Below are positions 30,501 to 40,102 of a stretch of DNA of 52,065 nucleotides, in pieces (position 1 is the stretch's first letter; each line of letters begins with the position of its first letter). This stretch comes from a virus (lineage: Duplodnaviria > Caudoviricetes). A model generated the notes under the pieces. That model saw nothing but the letters and a program-made list of their open reading frames with translations, was not told the DNA's origin and did no database searches. The translations under genes and the position numbers were made by a program. Location: positions 1-52,065 of IMG/VR virus record IMGVR_UViG_3300023264_000002; one strand, 5' to 3'.

Positions 30501-32893
30501 TGAATAAGACTGTAAAGACGATTACGCTTCTGTCCCGAACGAGCCGCCTGTTCAAACAATCGACGATCAAGGATATTAGAAGTTGTCTCCCAAAACTTAC
30601 TAGCAAAGTTCTGACGAGGAGGGTTAATTGGTGTTGTGTACAAACCTGTCTCAGGAATGTCTACATCAATACGACCGAAGTACTGTTCGGAAATATCCTT
30701 GATAATCTGACGATCAAAAACGGATCGGATATTGTCCGGTTTAAAGATAGCATACTCAACATCGCCCCACATATTTCCAGCAATACCGTGATAACCAAGC
30801 TCTTCGAGACGACGGTTCAGCCCTTCACCAATAGACAACATTCCTTCAATTTCTTCATCATTAAAAGAACGCTGAAGAAACTTAGTAAATGTCTGGCTAT
30901 CTAGTTTTGCAGATTTACGTTTTGCAAGACTATCTTTAGCTTCCTTTAGAAACGCTTCGGCTTTATCTTTAGGTACACCAAGTTCTTTGACAGCTTTCCT
31001 CATTTGAGGAAGAGTCCATCCTTCAATGTTGTTTACACCAAAAAGTTTCTCGTTGTTAATCAAATAAGGACGTATATGAGGTGATCCATAAGAAGGTCCC
31101 GCATTCCCCGCTAGATCAGGAATACCTTTAATATCCCCTGCATAAGAAGCCGCAACTTCTGCTTCAGGAGTAGCATAAACTCCCGGGCCAAGTTTACCTG
31201 CATAAGAAGGCTTGATTTCATCAAAAATAAAATTTGTACCGTGAAAAACAGGCTTAGTATATCCTAAATCCTGAGGTTTAATGTCAGAGACAATGTTCTC
31301 AACTTCACGAATAAGTGTGTCTTCTTCAGTTGTATAGAATCCATGACTCTGCATGTAACCAACAAACTCCTGACGAGTAGCGAAGCCACCCCCTTCAGGG
31401 TGTCCAATGGTTGCACGAACACGATAAGTTGTCGTACCGTCAGGAAGATTATGGGGAAGAAGCTCGACATCCTTAACTACATCCCCAAGCTCAGCACGAA
31501 GCTGTGTCGTACGAGCTTCCATGGCTGCGTCGAGTTCTTCCTGAGAAGTAAAGCGAGAGGTATCCGAGAGACGCATGTCCTCGATTACTTTTTCAGCAAC
31601 TTTCAAGCCATCATTAGTATCACCAGCAAGAGATACCGCCGGGAAATTAAGAGGGCGTCCGGGGTTAATAATTGTTGGCAGAATTTCATCCGTAGCTTCG
31701 GCAGCTGTAATACCGGTTCTTTCAGCAGCAACTTCTGCACCTTCACGAATAGTAAGTTCTACCGCATTACGAACAGAGTCTTCAGCAGCCTTACGCGCCC
31801 CAGACGAAAGAAGAATTGACGGAACAGAAAGCATCTTACGAGCTGTGCCGAACGGCAGAAGACCTATTGCATCAGCCATCGCCCACAAGTTTCGCTGCCC
31901 CTGTTCAACATCAGTGAGACCTTCATCAACATCTGTAATAAGATTGTTGATACGTCCCGGATCAGTCAAACCAAGAGTAGTAGCGTTAGACTTAAAAGAC
32001 TCTTCGAGTTCAGGAGCGTACTTAGCAAAGTCCTCCGCTGACATTCCCTGTATGGCTTCAATCTGCTTCGACCAATCGGAACCCGGGGTAAAGAGACGAT
32101 GCCAAGCGCCCGTATAACCGTTCGTCCCTTCTTTAACATTGCCAAGATGATAAAAAGATTCACCTAAAAGAATAGTTTCAGGAACAGAGATAATTGAAGA
32201 AATGATATTATGAATCCATCCTTCATTCTCTACACCAGCTTCAGCTCTTTCTCGCATCTGAGAAATAAGCATACGTTTAAGTGCATGATCCCGAAGAACT
32301 CGGAGAGTAGAGCCTTTATCTTCGCTAAACTGCTTAAGCATGAGACGAGCTTCAGTAGAACGCCCTGCACCAGACAACTCTCTAATCTGATGAAAAGCCT
32401 CTTCTTCCGCCGCAATCTTCGCTTTGTCTTCAATATTCTGCGCATAGTGAACATCCAAAGAATCTCGAACCGCCTGAGCGAGGGCGGGATCAACAAGATG
32501 AGAAGGAATTCCTTCTGTTAACTGCTTGATGTTCTTTGCTTGATTAATCATCTGTTCGCCCGCGATACGATAGCGAACCATCTCTTCTTGCTGAAGGTCA
32601 AGCAACTCAGAAGCCGTCTTATTAGCCTCCATGAGAGCCATATAAGCTCCATTCTCAGTCGTCGGTGTTTTAGACATCGTGGCCAGACCAAGAATCTGTG
32701 TACGGACAGGCGTAGCCGGAACCTTAGAAGGAAGGCTAGAATCAGTTACAGCGAGATCATTATCTGGGAAAGGATTCTCTTCCGGATTAATATCAGGCGC
32801 ATCCTCTGAAGGAGGAATATCAACTTCTTGAATAGGGGTGAGAGACTGTTCCCAATCACCTTCATGCAAATTAATTGTTGGCGTGCTTGCCAT
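27566..32893 (-). CDS. Large internal virion (ejection) protein with an embedded ART-like domain
   Basis: 1775 aa, in the usual podovirus ejection-protein position; FHGT...GVYAT...EYAIF segment. Confidence 0.8.
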   Translation of the reverse strand: MASTPTINLHEGDWEQSLTPIQEVDIPPSEDAPDINPEENPFPDNDLAVTDSSLPSKVPATPVRTQILGLATMSKTPTTENGAYMALMEANKTASELLDLQQEEMVRYRIAGEQMINQAKNIKQLTEGIPSHLVDPALAQAVRDSLDVHYAQNIEDKAKIAAEEEAFHQIRELSGAGRSTEARLMLKQFSEDKGSTLRVLRDHALKRMLISQMRERAEAGVENEGWIHNIISSIISVPETILLGESFYHLGNVKEGTNGYTGAWHRLFTPGSDWSKQIEAIQGMSAEDFAKYAPELEESFKSNATTLGLTDPGRINNLITDVDEGLTDVEQGQRNLWAMADAIGLLPFGTARKMLSVPSILLSSGARKAAEDSVRNAVELTIREGAEVAAERTGITAAEATDEILPTIINPGRPLNFPAVSLAGDTNDGLKVAEKVIEDMRLSDTSRFTSQEELDAAMEARTTQLRAELGDVVKDVELLPHNLPDGTTTYRVRATIGHPEGGGFATRQEFVGYMQSHGFYTTEEDTLIREVENIVSDIKPQDLGYTKPVFHGTNFIFDEIKPSYAGKLGPGVYATPEAEVAASYAGDIKGIPDLAGNAGPSYGSPHIRPYLINNEKLFGVNNIEGWTLPQMRKAVKELGVPKDKAEAFLKEAKDSLAKRKSAKLDSQTFTKFLQRSFNDEEIEGMLSIGEGLNRRLEELGYHGIAGNMWGDVEYAIFKPDNIRSVFDRQIIKDISEQYFGRIDVDIPETGLYTTPINPPRQNFASKFWETTSNILDRRLFEQAARSGQKRNRLYSLIQGNLTKAYRALDKKERLWLNQVLAEGDKRSVWFKPSEFNVLYERATGKLPSERVVNAYKQFRLNNDLEYQLRNADVYRQKVIRGFETGEFSVMGDPVEANIRFYEMGNAPKARIYNISDDIHYTNSDIHGEIGNLTNDRLHDLKAQGYVMFRMEEAMKLKDGTTIDWFIAKRNDVLRKPLKTVQLPYKAGGHRLYADKYFVKQAVYGTQPDTGKKFLKNPNVHITAPNVKIARDWAETMNAARLAVNDGKSAVYLDENIFRAQKGFPDGEQFIKDLEAGHIDKDEPFEAVFDREMPSAYNKSEDIENFIDEEEVGFNGYYRTTGKMFTSSKGEALKDYTGEWAPTIDPFEAQSKALNNVAQMSSFSDFKVSSIDRWYREYKGELNIRDLPEDIAQSPVHIFNSATVKRSTPVSLRQQIEAQRESIKRILGFESDFDRGLRNFMRSTAEWIVGDSDSVLRQQLSKGVYWLQDRSPIGFLRGMAFDMKLGMLNPGQLLLQSSTMISAMALSPKLGARGIASVPFVRAYFTAARMGKEVAENVLDTVVKRGGAKLSGFDDITEFKNYVREAARSGFFDLGDTHALVNNIGPANTFGSFKGGISSAREMGRFFFYEAEVWNRLTAWRIAYGEAIERLGKDKVGTFEFNNFLSGRAENYAFNMSNESKAAWQTGLMSIPTQFWAYNVRMIEALVGGNFTAAQKLRLAAAQMGMAGTAGLPIIAGISEMVKEHYGVKPDIESILGVADRGVADFMIKELFGADVEVSQRWGTGNWSSDLVRDLFGMSAHNEKSFADIAGGATYSIMGTALGSAIEAATYWMTHESGSEDNVGLSEDEVIELAKNISTVNNALKARMVWQYGVYKSQKGGVTASGLPPEDAIWIALGVPPAEITEIGVMMAYNQNRKEDIKELAREITNLRQEAVAIPSLFETNAKKVNVLVNMIPPELREDVLKEAHKVTDPSLYTSLIRNRDKRYIKEGKSAK

Positions 32894-33339
32894 TATTTTC
32901 CTTTTCCTCCAAATCCGCCGGACATTTCATAAGCCTTCTCACCGATCTGAGCGACCTGTCCCCACATTGAAGCGTTATTTTGAGCCGACTGCATCTTACC
33001 AAGAGCCTTAGAGGCTTGATCGGACATAAAACCGTATTGATCTAGAAATGATAGATTGCCGCCCATTTGAGAGATGATCGATCCTGAACCACCCTCAGCT
33101 ACAGACGTTGAAGCAACACCCTGATTTTCAGCCGCTTGCTGAGCCTTCCCGTACGCTGATCTTGCTTCGCGAATAGCTGTAGTTTTTTGTCGAGCTGAAG
33201 CTAATTCATTCTTCTGTCTCTCAAATTTGTTAGCAAGTTTTGCTTGTTTATTTGCTTTCTTTTGCTCTTTGATTGACATGGCTGTACCAACAGCAGCGAC
33301 ACCTACACCAATAGCAGCGATAATGGGAAGAGCAGGCAT
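32893..33339 (-). CDS. Small internal virion protein
   Basis: Hydrophobic N-terminus, Ala/Gln/Ser-rich; synteny. Confidence 0.75.
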   Translation of the reverse strand: MPALPIIAAIGVGVAAVGTAMSIKEQKKANKQAKLANKFERQKNELASARQKTTAIREARSAYGKAQQAAENQGVASTSVAEGGSGSIISQMGGNLSFLDQYGFMSDQASKALGKMQSAQNNASMWGQVAQIGEKAYEMSGGFGGKGK

Positions 33340-33779
33340 TATTCAGTTTCGTCCTCTAATGGAAAAACAAGAAGCATTTCTGCCATTGTTCTTTCTTGAC
33401 CGTCTTCAAGTTCAAGAAACTTCATGAAACCTGTAGTTTCAAAACCAAAGAATTCGGCCATTCGTTTTTGTTTGTCATCACCGTAGTTAACCCACGTTGT
33501 AAGAGAAGTCATTCCCTTATCTGCAAGAAGAGCAATTAGTGTCCAAAAGACTTTATCAAAATGCTTCATACGAGAAAGAGTAATTTCTCCTTGAATATCC
33601 GCATGAAACTGAATCTCACCATCTCCTACATCTATAAGGAAAAGAGAAAGACCGGGCTCCTCATAAACTTTATTAAGGGACGGTTGCGCCGGTAACTGCC
33701 ACTGACCAACCGTGGAGATCAAAGTTCTTTCCGGGTTCATCGGTTCCAAATCTAAACTGGATTGATTTTCCATTACCAC
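33339..33779 (-). CDS. Hypothetical protein, possibly GNAT-like (start probably downstream of 33779)
   Basis: RMAEFFGFE motif; position between nozzle and ejection genes. Confidence 0.55.
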   Translation of the reverse strand: MVMENQSSLDLEPMNPERTLISTVGQWQLPAQPSLNKVYEEPGLSLFLIDVGDGEIQFHADIQGEITLSRMKHFDKVFWTLIALLADKGMTSLTTWVNYGDDKQKRMAEFFGFETTGFMKFLELEDGQERTMAEMLLVFPLEDETE

Positions 33780-35187
33780 GCACCTTATTCTTTGTGATTA
33801 CAATAGGAAAGCCAGTATCATACTCTGGCCCATCTTGAAGGATAAGACGACTCTGTCGATAAACTTGAACAGGCGTCGTCCATTTGTTTGAGAAAGTGGA
33901 AGAAGCCCAATCCCATTTTACTGTCATATAACAGCTAGAGGGATCATCAAATTCTTCTTCGTCTACGAAACGTGTTTCGGTTCTTCGCAAGTAAGTAAAA
34001 ACATACGTAAGGGCTTTCTTTCTCATTGCATCGTTGAACAGCTCGTACCCTGCTTCTACGTATGAATTATACCCAACACCTGTTCCGTCTTCTGTCTCCC
34101 AATCTTTGAAGTCAATATTTCTAACTTGAGCAAAGCGAAGAGACTCATTTTTCATTGTTGTGTATTCAATGGATGAAGGGCTGATATCTGTAATAGTTGG
34201 ATTATCAGGATCACCAATTGTATTTAAACGTTCAGAGATAAAGTAACCCTTAACAACAGGGGCATCTTCATCATCAATCTTAGAGAACTTCCAAGGATAA
34301 AAGGCTTTTAGTGAAACATCAAGAATCAAAACTTTATTGTACTGATGTTCGTCTACATCTTCATCCCGAAACAACCATGTAATTGTATTAGATTTCGCGT
34401 CAAATAACCCTTTTGCTTCCTCTTTAATCTCATCAGGAATACTGTTATAGTATGTTTGAATTGTTAATTCGCTAATATTACTTCGATCAAACTGTCCCGG
34501 AACAGGGCCATACATACCCATTGCCTGCGACATCGCAAGAATGCCTACATCAGACCACCAGTAAACACCTGCATCGGTTTCAACAATTGACATTGGAGAA
34601 TGACAGCCAACAGGAGATACCTTATTTACAGAGATATCAAGAGCAGAAAAACCTGCATTTGTTCCGGTAATATTCCATACACCGTTCAGCGCAAAAACAA
34701 GAATACCTCCGGCGTTCGGAAGAATTCGAATGATTTTACTTGCTTCAGGAATAGGGATAACCCCCCCATCCGTAGCAATCAAATCAGAAACATCCTCAGA
34801 TGTAGGGTCGGCTTCTTGATAACAAAGACCGGCTTTAAAACGATCAGTCAAAAGCTGACTAAAATAAACGGTAGAATTACAAGCGAACCAAATACGTCCC
34901 GCAAAAAAACACGTAGTATTTGGTCGTTCAGTCGTAACTTCTGTCGTAAGGCCAACAACACCTGACACCGCTGAACGATTCTTGTTAAAAGCATCAAGAA
35001 TATAGTGTCCACGAGGAGCGTGGTTATTACCAGAGAATAGCTTATCAAGAATAGCCGGTAAAAAATCACCAGCCTTGATGCTATTATCGTCGTCATCTAC
35101 TTCAGCACGAGCAATCCACCACTGCTTGTTATTGCCCGGATACCTCCCCATCTTTTGATAGTAGGTATTAATAGGATTAATAGCCAT
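33673..35187 (-). CDS. Tail tubular protein B / nozzle, C-terminal part
   Basis: FFAGRIWF, YQEADPTSE, LIATDGG, KNKVRGNGK; synteny. Confidence 0.8.
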   Translation of the reverse strand: MAINPINTYYQKMGRYPGNNKQWWIARAEVDDDDNSIKAGDFLPAILDKLFSGNNHAPRGHYILDAFNKNRSAVSGVVGLTTEVTTERPNTTCFFAGRIWFACNSTVYFSQLLTDRFKAGLCYQEADPTSEDVSDLIATDGGVIPIPEASKIIRILPNAGGILVFALNGVWNITGTNAGFSALDISVNKVSPVGCHSPMSIVETDAGVYWWSDVGILAMSQAMGMYGPVPGQFDRSNISELTIQTYYNSIPDEIKEEAKGLFDAKSNTITWLFRDEDVDEHQYNKVLILDVSLKAFYPWKFSKIDDEDAPVVKGYFISERLNTIGDPDNPTITDISPSSIEYTTMKNESLRFAQVRNIDFKDWETEDGTGVGYNSYVEAGYELFNDAMRKKALTYVFTYLRRTETRFVDEEEFDDPSSCYMTVKWDWASSTFSNKWTTPVQVYRQSRLILQDGPEYDTGFPIVITKNKVRGNGKSIQFRFGTDEPGKNFDLHGWSVAVTGATVP

Positions 35188-35969
35188 TAGGGCTCAACCT
35201 CATTGTTAAAGTACCTCACATGGATTTCTCCTGTGTATGGATCATAACTTTCAGTTGTGTCAGCATCAGGCGACCCACCTCCACCAGAGTAATCGCCACC
35301 GCTTCCTCCGTCTTCACCTTCCGCATAATTCGGAATAGTTCCCGGTTCAACCCAACCTTGGTTACGAAGATTGTAATGATGTTCTTTACTTAGCGTCGCG
35401 GGTTCCTCGTCATTAGCGAGTCCGTCGTTTACACCGTCAAAATCACGCATTTGAATACGTACACGAACAACAAGGATCGTATCAGAATCTGGATCATAAT
35501 CTACAACAATAGGATCAATAAACTCTTGAACGATGAATAAATACCCTTTACCCGCTGACATTTGAATCCGGTTTTGTTGAACCTGTTCATCTGTTGCTGT
35601 CGGTGATTTATAATCCGTCAAGTCAATTGTGAAGTCTTTTTTCCCGCTTGAAATAGGGGTTTCACTTACATCAAAGAAATGAACAATGTTTCCAACCTGA
35701 ACAGCAAGATAATTATACTCCGGTTTATTCGCCGCCGCCTTCCAAAGATATTCTGTTGTAACTTCTGTCGAATTAAACAGTTCAAGGGGAACAGCCGTGG
35801 ACTCAGGCTCATAATCAAGCCCAAATCTTCGTGACCTGTTCCCCTTTCTATGGATAACTGTATTTAACTCGTCAGTACTCGCGTCTTCAGGGTACGTAAG
35901 GAACCCAGCCTCAGTAATGAGACCTTTGTTAAACGTACGATAAAGTTTGTTAAGTTGACCGCGAGCCAT
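35187..35969 (-). CDS. Tail tubular protein B / nozzle, N-terminal part
   Basis: TFNKGLITEAG.LTYPEDAS.DELN, RSRRFGLDYE, HHYNLRNQGW. Confidence 0.78.
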   Translation of the reverse strand: MARGQLNKLYRTFNKGLITEAGFLTYPEDASTDELNTVIHRKGNRSRRFGLDYEPESTAVPLELFNSTEVTTEYLWKAAANKPEYNYLAVQVGNIVHFFDVSETPISSGKKDFTIDLTDYKSPTATDEQVQQNRIQMSAGKGYLFIVQEFIDPIVVDYDPDSDTILVVRVRIQMRDFDGVNDGLANDEEPATLSKEHHYNLRNQGWVEPGTIPNYAEGEDGGSGGDYSGGGGSPDADTTESYDPYTGEIHVRYFNNEVEP

Positions 35970-36289
35970 TAATTACCATTGACTGTCTTGTTAAGTTCAC
36001 CGTTCTTAAGTTCAGCAGCAACTTTACGACGTTCGATCCCGGCTGCCATAATTTCTTTTTTTCGAATTGTCGGGCTATTTTCCGCGACGAATCGACGGAT
36101 AGCTTCTTTCGCTTTATTAAGGTTAGTAAATAACTGTTCACTGAGCCTAGGGTTTGCGCCTGGTCCGTCAGCGATGATACGATATAGACCCGTGGGCGTA
36201 GAGATAATTTTAAGTTCAGCCCCACCGATTGTGCGTTCTCCGGAAGACACTACGCCCTCCTCGGTTTCTTGAGTAGTCATGTCGAGCAA
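35969..36289 (-). CDS. Hypothetical protein
   Basis: GAAGGAG RBS; TAATG coupling. Confidence 0.7.
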   Translation of the reverse strand: MLDMTTQETEEGVVSSGERTIGGAELKIISTPTGLYRIIADGPGANPRLSEQLFTNLNKAKEAIRRFVAENSPTIRKKEIMAAGIERRKVAAELKNGELNKTVNGN

Positions 36290-37028
36290 AAACTCCTTCT
36301 CGTTGATCTAAGGTTTTATTTAAACGTGTTTGAGAACGAACAAGCTGTCTCCTTGCTCTCTGCTCTTCTTTTGAATTTGCAACTTCTTTCACATTAATGA
36401 AACAAGCTGATTTTGCTTCCGCAAGAAGATGAGGAAAAAGTCCTGCATCAATTGGGGGAACAGCATCGTCTTCTAAATCAAAATCTGCCGCAGAAATACC
36501 CCACGCGATAGCGTTACTTCCTGTGAGATAACTCTCTTCATCAGCATCGTACGAATCAAAGACCAGTGTATTATCCTGATCAAAGATCGTATAAAAACTA
36601 GGACAAGAATTATTCTTAATTGAGTATGTTATTGGAGAGGTTGAAACAAGAGGAACATCAATGTAATTGTTATTATCATTACTCATATCAATGATGCGTC
36701 GAATGAATTCTTCCGGAGGAAGATAATCAATCGTTTCAAACTTGGCTGCATCTGAGGTTCTGTAGTTTCGATACTTAAGCCATTTAATGTGAAGAACATT
36801 CAAAGGAAGAATAAGACGATTCGGTGTTGTGGGATCGGCAACCGATTCGAGATTTACAAGACTCTCAAATTCTGTAATGTCTCTGTTACTGTAAAGATCG
36901 TAGAAAGTATTTCGAATTTCTTCTGCAACCTGCATAGACTCTATAGTATCACCAATAGAATTTACCTCGTCAGAGTTCATACTCGACAAGATATTCTGTG
37001 TCATTTCAAGAAGAGTCATCTTGCGCAT
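36216..37028 (-). CDS. Tail tubular protein A / adaptor
   Basis: MTLLEMTQNILSSMNSDEVNSI, FDSYD, LLAEAKS; synteny. Confidence 0.82.
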   Translation of the reverse strand: MRKMTLLEMTQNILSSMNSDEVNSIGDTIESMQVAEEIRNTFYDLYSNRDITEFESLVNLESVADPTTPNRLILPLNVLHIKWLKYRNYRTSDAAKFETIDYLPPEEFIRRIIDMSNDNNNYIDVPLVSTSPITYSIKNNSCPSFYTIFDQDNTLVFDSYDADEESYLTGSNAIAWGISAADFDLEDDAVPPIDAGLFPHLLAEAKSACFINVKEVANSKEEQRARRQLVRSQTRLNKTLDQREGVFARHDYSRNRGGRSVFRRTHNRWG

Positions 37029-37483
37029 TAAGGGGTAACTCCAATGAAAGTTCTAATTTGATTTCCGAATACAGCCCACGCTGCAAATAGAACAACAAGA
37101 ATACCAGAGAATTTAGCTACAATAGCCGTTTTCCAATTTTCCAAGGCTTCAATTTTTGTTTCAAGATTATCAACAGAAACAATTCGACGCTCAATTGAAT
37201 CAATAGCATTGAGTCGTTTTTCAACAGCATCAATTCGACTACGCTTTAAAAGAAAGCGAGCGTCAACCGAACTTTCTAAACGGTTTATACGATCATTTGT
37301 TTCAATTTGATTTTCATGAAGATCGCTCTGAAATCGGTCCATCTTCTCGTCTAGTCTTCGAAATCCTGATTGAACTGCGGCATCTAAAGCAGCAATCTTG
37401 TAAATAAGCTGTTCAGGAAGACTCATAAAAGGAGAAGGGGTTTCTGAGTTCTTTTTATTCTCGTTAGAGTCCATAGAATACAT
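37028..37483 (-). CDS. Coiled-coil protein with C-terminal transmembrane helix
   Basis: Heptad-like middle region; FSGILVVLFAAWAVF. Confidence 0.7.
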   Translation of the reverse strand: MYSMDSNENKKNSETPSPFMSLPEQLIYKIAALDAAVQSGFRRLDEKMDRFQSDLHENQIETNDRINRLESSVDARFLLKRSRIDAVEKRLNAIDSIERRIVSVDNLETKIEALENWKTAIVAKFSGILVVLFAAWAVFGNQIRTFIGVTP

Positions 37484-37500
37484 TAAACCACCGTTTTAGT

Positions 37501-37535
37501 TAAAGTGGGGAGTAGCCACAAAGACCACTCCCCAC
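37501..37535 (-). terminator. Probable intrinsic terminator after the capsid/decoration genes
   Basis: 9-bp stem GTGGGGAGT/ACTCCCCAC followed by a short T run on the - strand. Confidence 0.6.
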
Positions 37536-37562
37536 CTGTTCACAACCATATAGATTGTGAGA

Positions 37563-38027
37563 TTAACGAATCATATACTTGATTACAACCTTAACCTGTC
37601 CAGCGGTATAAGTGCCGACCGTCTTAGCTGTAACATACAAGTCCTGAGACGCCTGAGTACCAATCTGAGCGCCAGCAGCACCAGCTGTCGTCAAGATACC
37701 GTCATCGTCAACCGCAGTACCAGTGAGGGTGTACGTACCAACCTGATACGATGTACCTCCCGCCGGAGTCACAACAGTAATAACGTCAACCGAGAGAATC
37801 TTGGAGCCCGCCGGAATGGGGGTATCCAGACCACTAAAGCCGTCATTAGTATTGTCGTTATTGCGGTCAGTCGAATAGAGCGTACGGGCGACACCCGCAA
37901 GATCAATCGTCATGACCATCTCATTCGTCTTAGTCGTATCAGTTGTCACGGCGGTCTTAGCACCACGAAGACCCTGAGATCGACCGAAACGGACAAGCTG
38001 GCCGTCGCTATTCATAAAAGCAGCCAT
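37563..38027 (-). CDS. Putative head decoration / minor capsid protein
   Basis: Directly follows the MCP; NSDGQLVRFG, IPAGSKI; Thr/Gly/Ala-rich. Confidence 0.7.
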   Translation of the reverse strand: MAAFMNSDGQLVRFGRSQGLRGAKTAVTTDTTKTNEMVMTIDLAGVARTLYSTDRNNDNTNDGFSGLDTPIPAGSKILSVDVITVVTPAGGTSYQVGTYTLTGTAVDDDGILTTAGAAGAQIGTQASQDLYVTAKTVGTYTAGQVKVVIKYMIR

Positions 38028-38045
38028 TATATTAAGTCCTTTCGA

Positions 38046-39026
38046 TTAGTCGTGAACCACGACGCCGGTCTGAGTCAGAACCGTGACGAAGTTCTCAGGA
38101 CGATAAAGCTTAATACCGTAACGAGCAGTTGTAACATACTCCTCACGCTGCCTGTCCTTATTGAACTCAGCATCCACCTTCGGATACTGTCGCCACGCGC
38201 CAATGAACGGCTTCATATCCGCCGAAGCAGAGAAGAAGAGGTTCGCTACCGCATTCGTGCCAGAAGCAACACCATTAATGGTCTCACCCGCAGCAATCGT
38301 CGGCAGATACTCAGACGTGTAGATGTCAAAACCGAAGATGTTCCGGCTGAACTTCATACCTGTCGCAATAGAATCCGACACGATACCTTCCCACTGAGGG
38401 TTATAGGTAACGTCAAGAGTCGGGGCCTGCGTGTTAAACACAAACTCGACCGAAGGATCAACAATAGCAACAAGGTCCCGCATCGGAACGTGGGCTCGCT
38501 TCAGCGCATGACGCGCCATCGCAAAGTCCTCGAAGCCGAGAGTACGGACAGAGTTAACAGTCGCTCCACCAACCCAACGGTGCGCTTCACCATTGTAGAG
38601 ATTGAGGCTGTTAGCCGTCTGACCGTTCGGAGTACCGGGCTGACCCTGATCGAGAATATCACTCTCGACGCGGACCTGAATAGCACGGTTTTCCTTCGGA
38701 ACAAAGCCAGCTTCAAGACGAGCCGCATACATCGAGTCCTGACGGGCCTTCATCGTAATGTAGGTCGCGGAACTCACGTACTCGGTAATCGAGAACTGGA
38801 ACTCACCAGTAGCAAGAGGCGTGTACTCGATAGCCGAGTCTTCCTCGTAGTCCGAAACGTCCATATCACCGACGCTCGGGATGGTCATCGTCTCACCGTC
38901 CGGGAAGCTGATCCAATCAACGTACTGCTGAGCAGCAAGTTCGTCCTGAAGGGTATCCTTCAACTGATTAGACCAAACCTCGGCACGGATGAGAAGACCC
39001 ATATTAAGGGTATTCATACCAGCCAT
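38046..39026 (-). CDS. Major capsid protein
   Basis: LIRAEVWS, FPDGETMTIPSVG, IFGFDIYTS, TARYG...RPEN; follows the scaffold. Confidence 0.92.
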   Translation of the reverse strand: MAGMNTLNMGLLIRAEVWSNQLKDTLQDELAAQQYVDWISFPDGETMTIPSVGDMDVSDYEEDSAIEYTPLATGEFQFSITEYVSSATYITMKARQDSMYAARLEAGFVPKENRAIQVRVESDILDQGQPGTPNGQTANSLNLYNGEAHRWVGGATVNSVRTLGFEDFAMARHALKRAHVPMRDLVAIVDPSVEFVFNTQAPTLDVTYNPQWEGIVSDSIATGMKFSRNIFGFDIYTSEYLPTIAAGETINGVASGTNAVANLFFSASADMKPFIGAWRQYPKVDAEFNKDRQREEYVTTARYGIKLYRPENFVTVLTQTGVVVHD

Positions 39027-39043
39027 TAAATTAAACTCCTAGT

Positions 39044-39814
39044 TTAACGTTTGAAGAAGTCGTTCCCCAATCGCATGGCATCGGCCATAAGAGCCTGTTG
39101 AAGCTCCGGAGATCGATACCGCTTTGGGTCTGTACGACGAATGTTATCGTACCAAGCATAGGTGTTCGGCTTGGGTCCGCCAAACTTCTGTTCAATAGTA
39201 CGAGGGTTAACATCAGAAGACGCGTTAGGAGTGCTAGTAGAGCGAGGAGTCTCTTCAGAAATACCCATTACACCAAAGAAAGCTTTAGGACTTTGGAAAG
39301 CTGAATCAGCCAACCACTGCGGAGAAACATTAAGTTCTTCCGCCTTTACCCTAATTGCTTCCACAGCCGCTTCTTTCGAACCGTAATGTTTCAGCATAGC
39401 TTCTTCTGTAATCTTAGCATTTTCCTTGAGACGCTTCTCTGTGTCGCGTTCCTCAAGCGCCTGCTTGATTCGCTCGTTCAGATCAACTTCCTCACGTTCC
39501 TTAGGAGGAGCCGGGTTCGCGGGGTTAGGATGCGAACCGTCTCGTTCGTTCGGATTAAGGGGAGGATCAGGTTGATTTGGATTCGATGCGTTGGCCCGAC
39601 TAGCCAGTTGTTCAAGAGTGAATTCCTTGAGCGCTTCCATATCAGCTTTTAGAGTAGGGATAAAAGCATTCGCGTTATCATAAGCCTTTGCAAGCTCTTC
39701 GACATCCTTATACTTCTTTCCTTCTCCTACGTACTTCTCTAGAAACGAGTCGGAGGGGGTGTTCGTTGGTGCGCCGGGGTCAGTGTTGGCGACTTCTTCG
39801 AACATTGTTGCCAT
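39044..39814 (-). CDS. Capsid scaffolding protein
   Basis: VGEGKKYKDVEELAKAY; position between portal and MCP. Confidence 0.85.
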   Translation of the reverse strand: MATMFEEVANTDPGAPTNTPSDSFLEKYVGEGKKYKDVEELAKAYDNANAFIPTLKADMEALKEFTLEQLASRANASNPNQPDPPLNPNERDGSHPNPANPAPPKEREEVDLNERIKQALEERDTEKRLKENAKITEEAMLKHYGSKEAAVEAIRVKAEELNVSPQWLADSAFQSPKAFFGVMGISEETPRSTSTPNASSDVNPRTIEQKFGGPKPNTYAWYDNIRRTDPKRYRSPELQQALMADAMRLGNDFFKR

Positions 39815-39838
39815 TGGTCATGGTCCTTTTTGTAGGGG

Positions 39839-40099
39839 TTAAGCGGGGTCTCGCTCTTTTGCAGGGGTGCAAAGCTCGATAACTTTTGCTAACGCCCTAC
39901 GATAACCAATTGAGTCTGCTTGTCTAAGAGCCCAATTGGGAGAGTCAAAGTCATTAGAAGTTTTCTCTGACTCTTTACACATATTATAACATATCTCAAC
40001 TAGTCTGTCAAGTACTTTATTGTTAATTCCAATTATTTCTTCAAAACGGGACTTTTCTTCATTTGAAAGACCCGCTGTCCATCTTCCTGAATACTTCAT
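39839..40099 (-). CDS. Hypothetical protein
   Basis: FDSPNWAL.QAD..GY.RA; between portal and scaffold. Confidence 0.75.
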   Translation of the reverse strand: MKYSGRWTAGLSNEEKSRFEEIIGINNKVLDRLVEICYNMCKESEKTSNDFDSPNWALRQADSIGYRRALAKVIELCTPAKERDPA

Positions 40100-40102
40100 T
40101 TG

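Noticed and set aside
27566-32893. Large virion protein as a virion RNA polymerase
   Set aside because: No recognisable single-subunit or DxDxD-type RNAP motifs; perfect host-type promoters make one unnecessary
37557-39029. 490-aa ORF on the + strand
   Set aside because: Antisense shadow of the MCP and decoration genes, explained by their codon bias; no recognisable motifs
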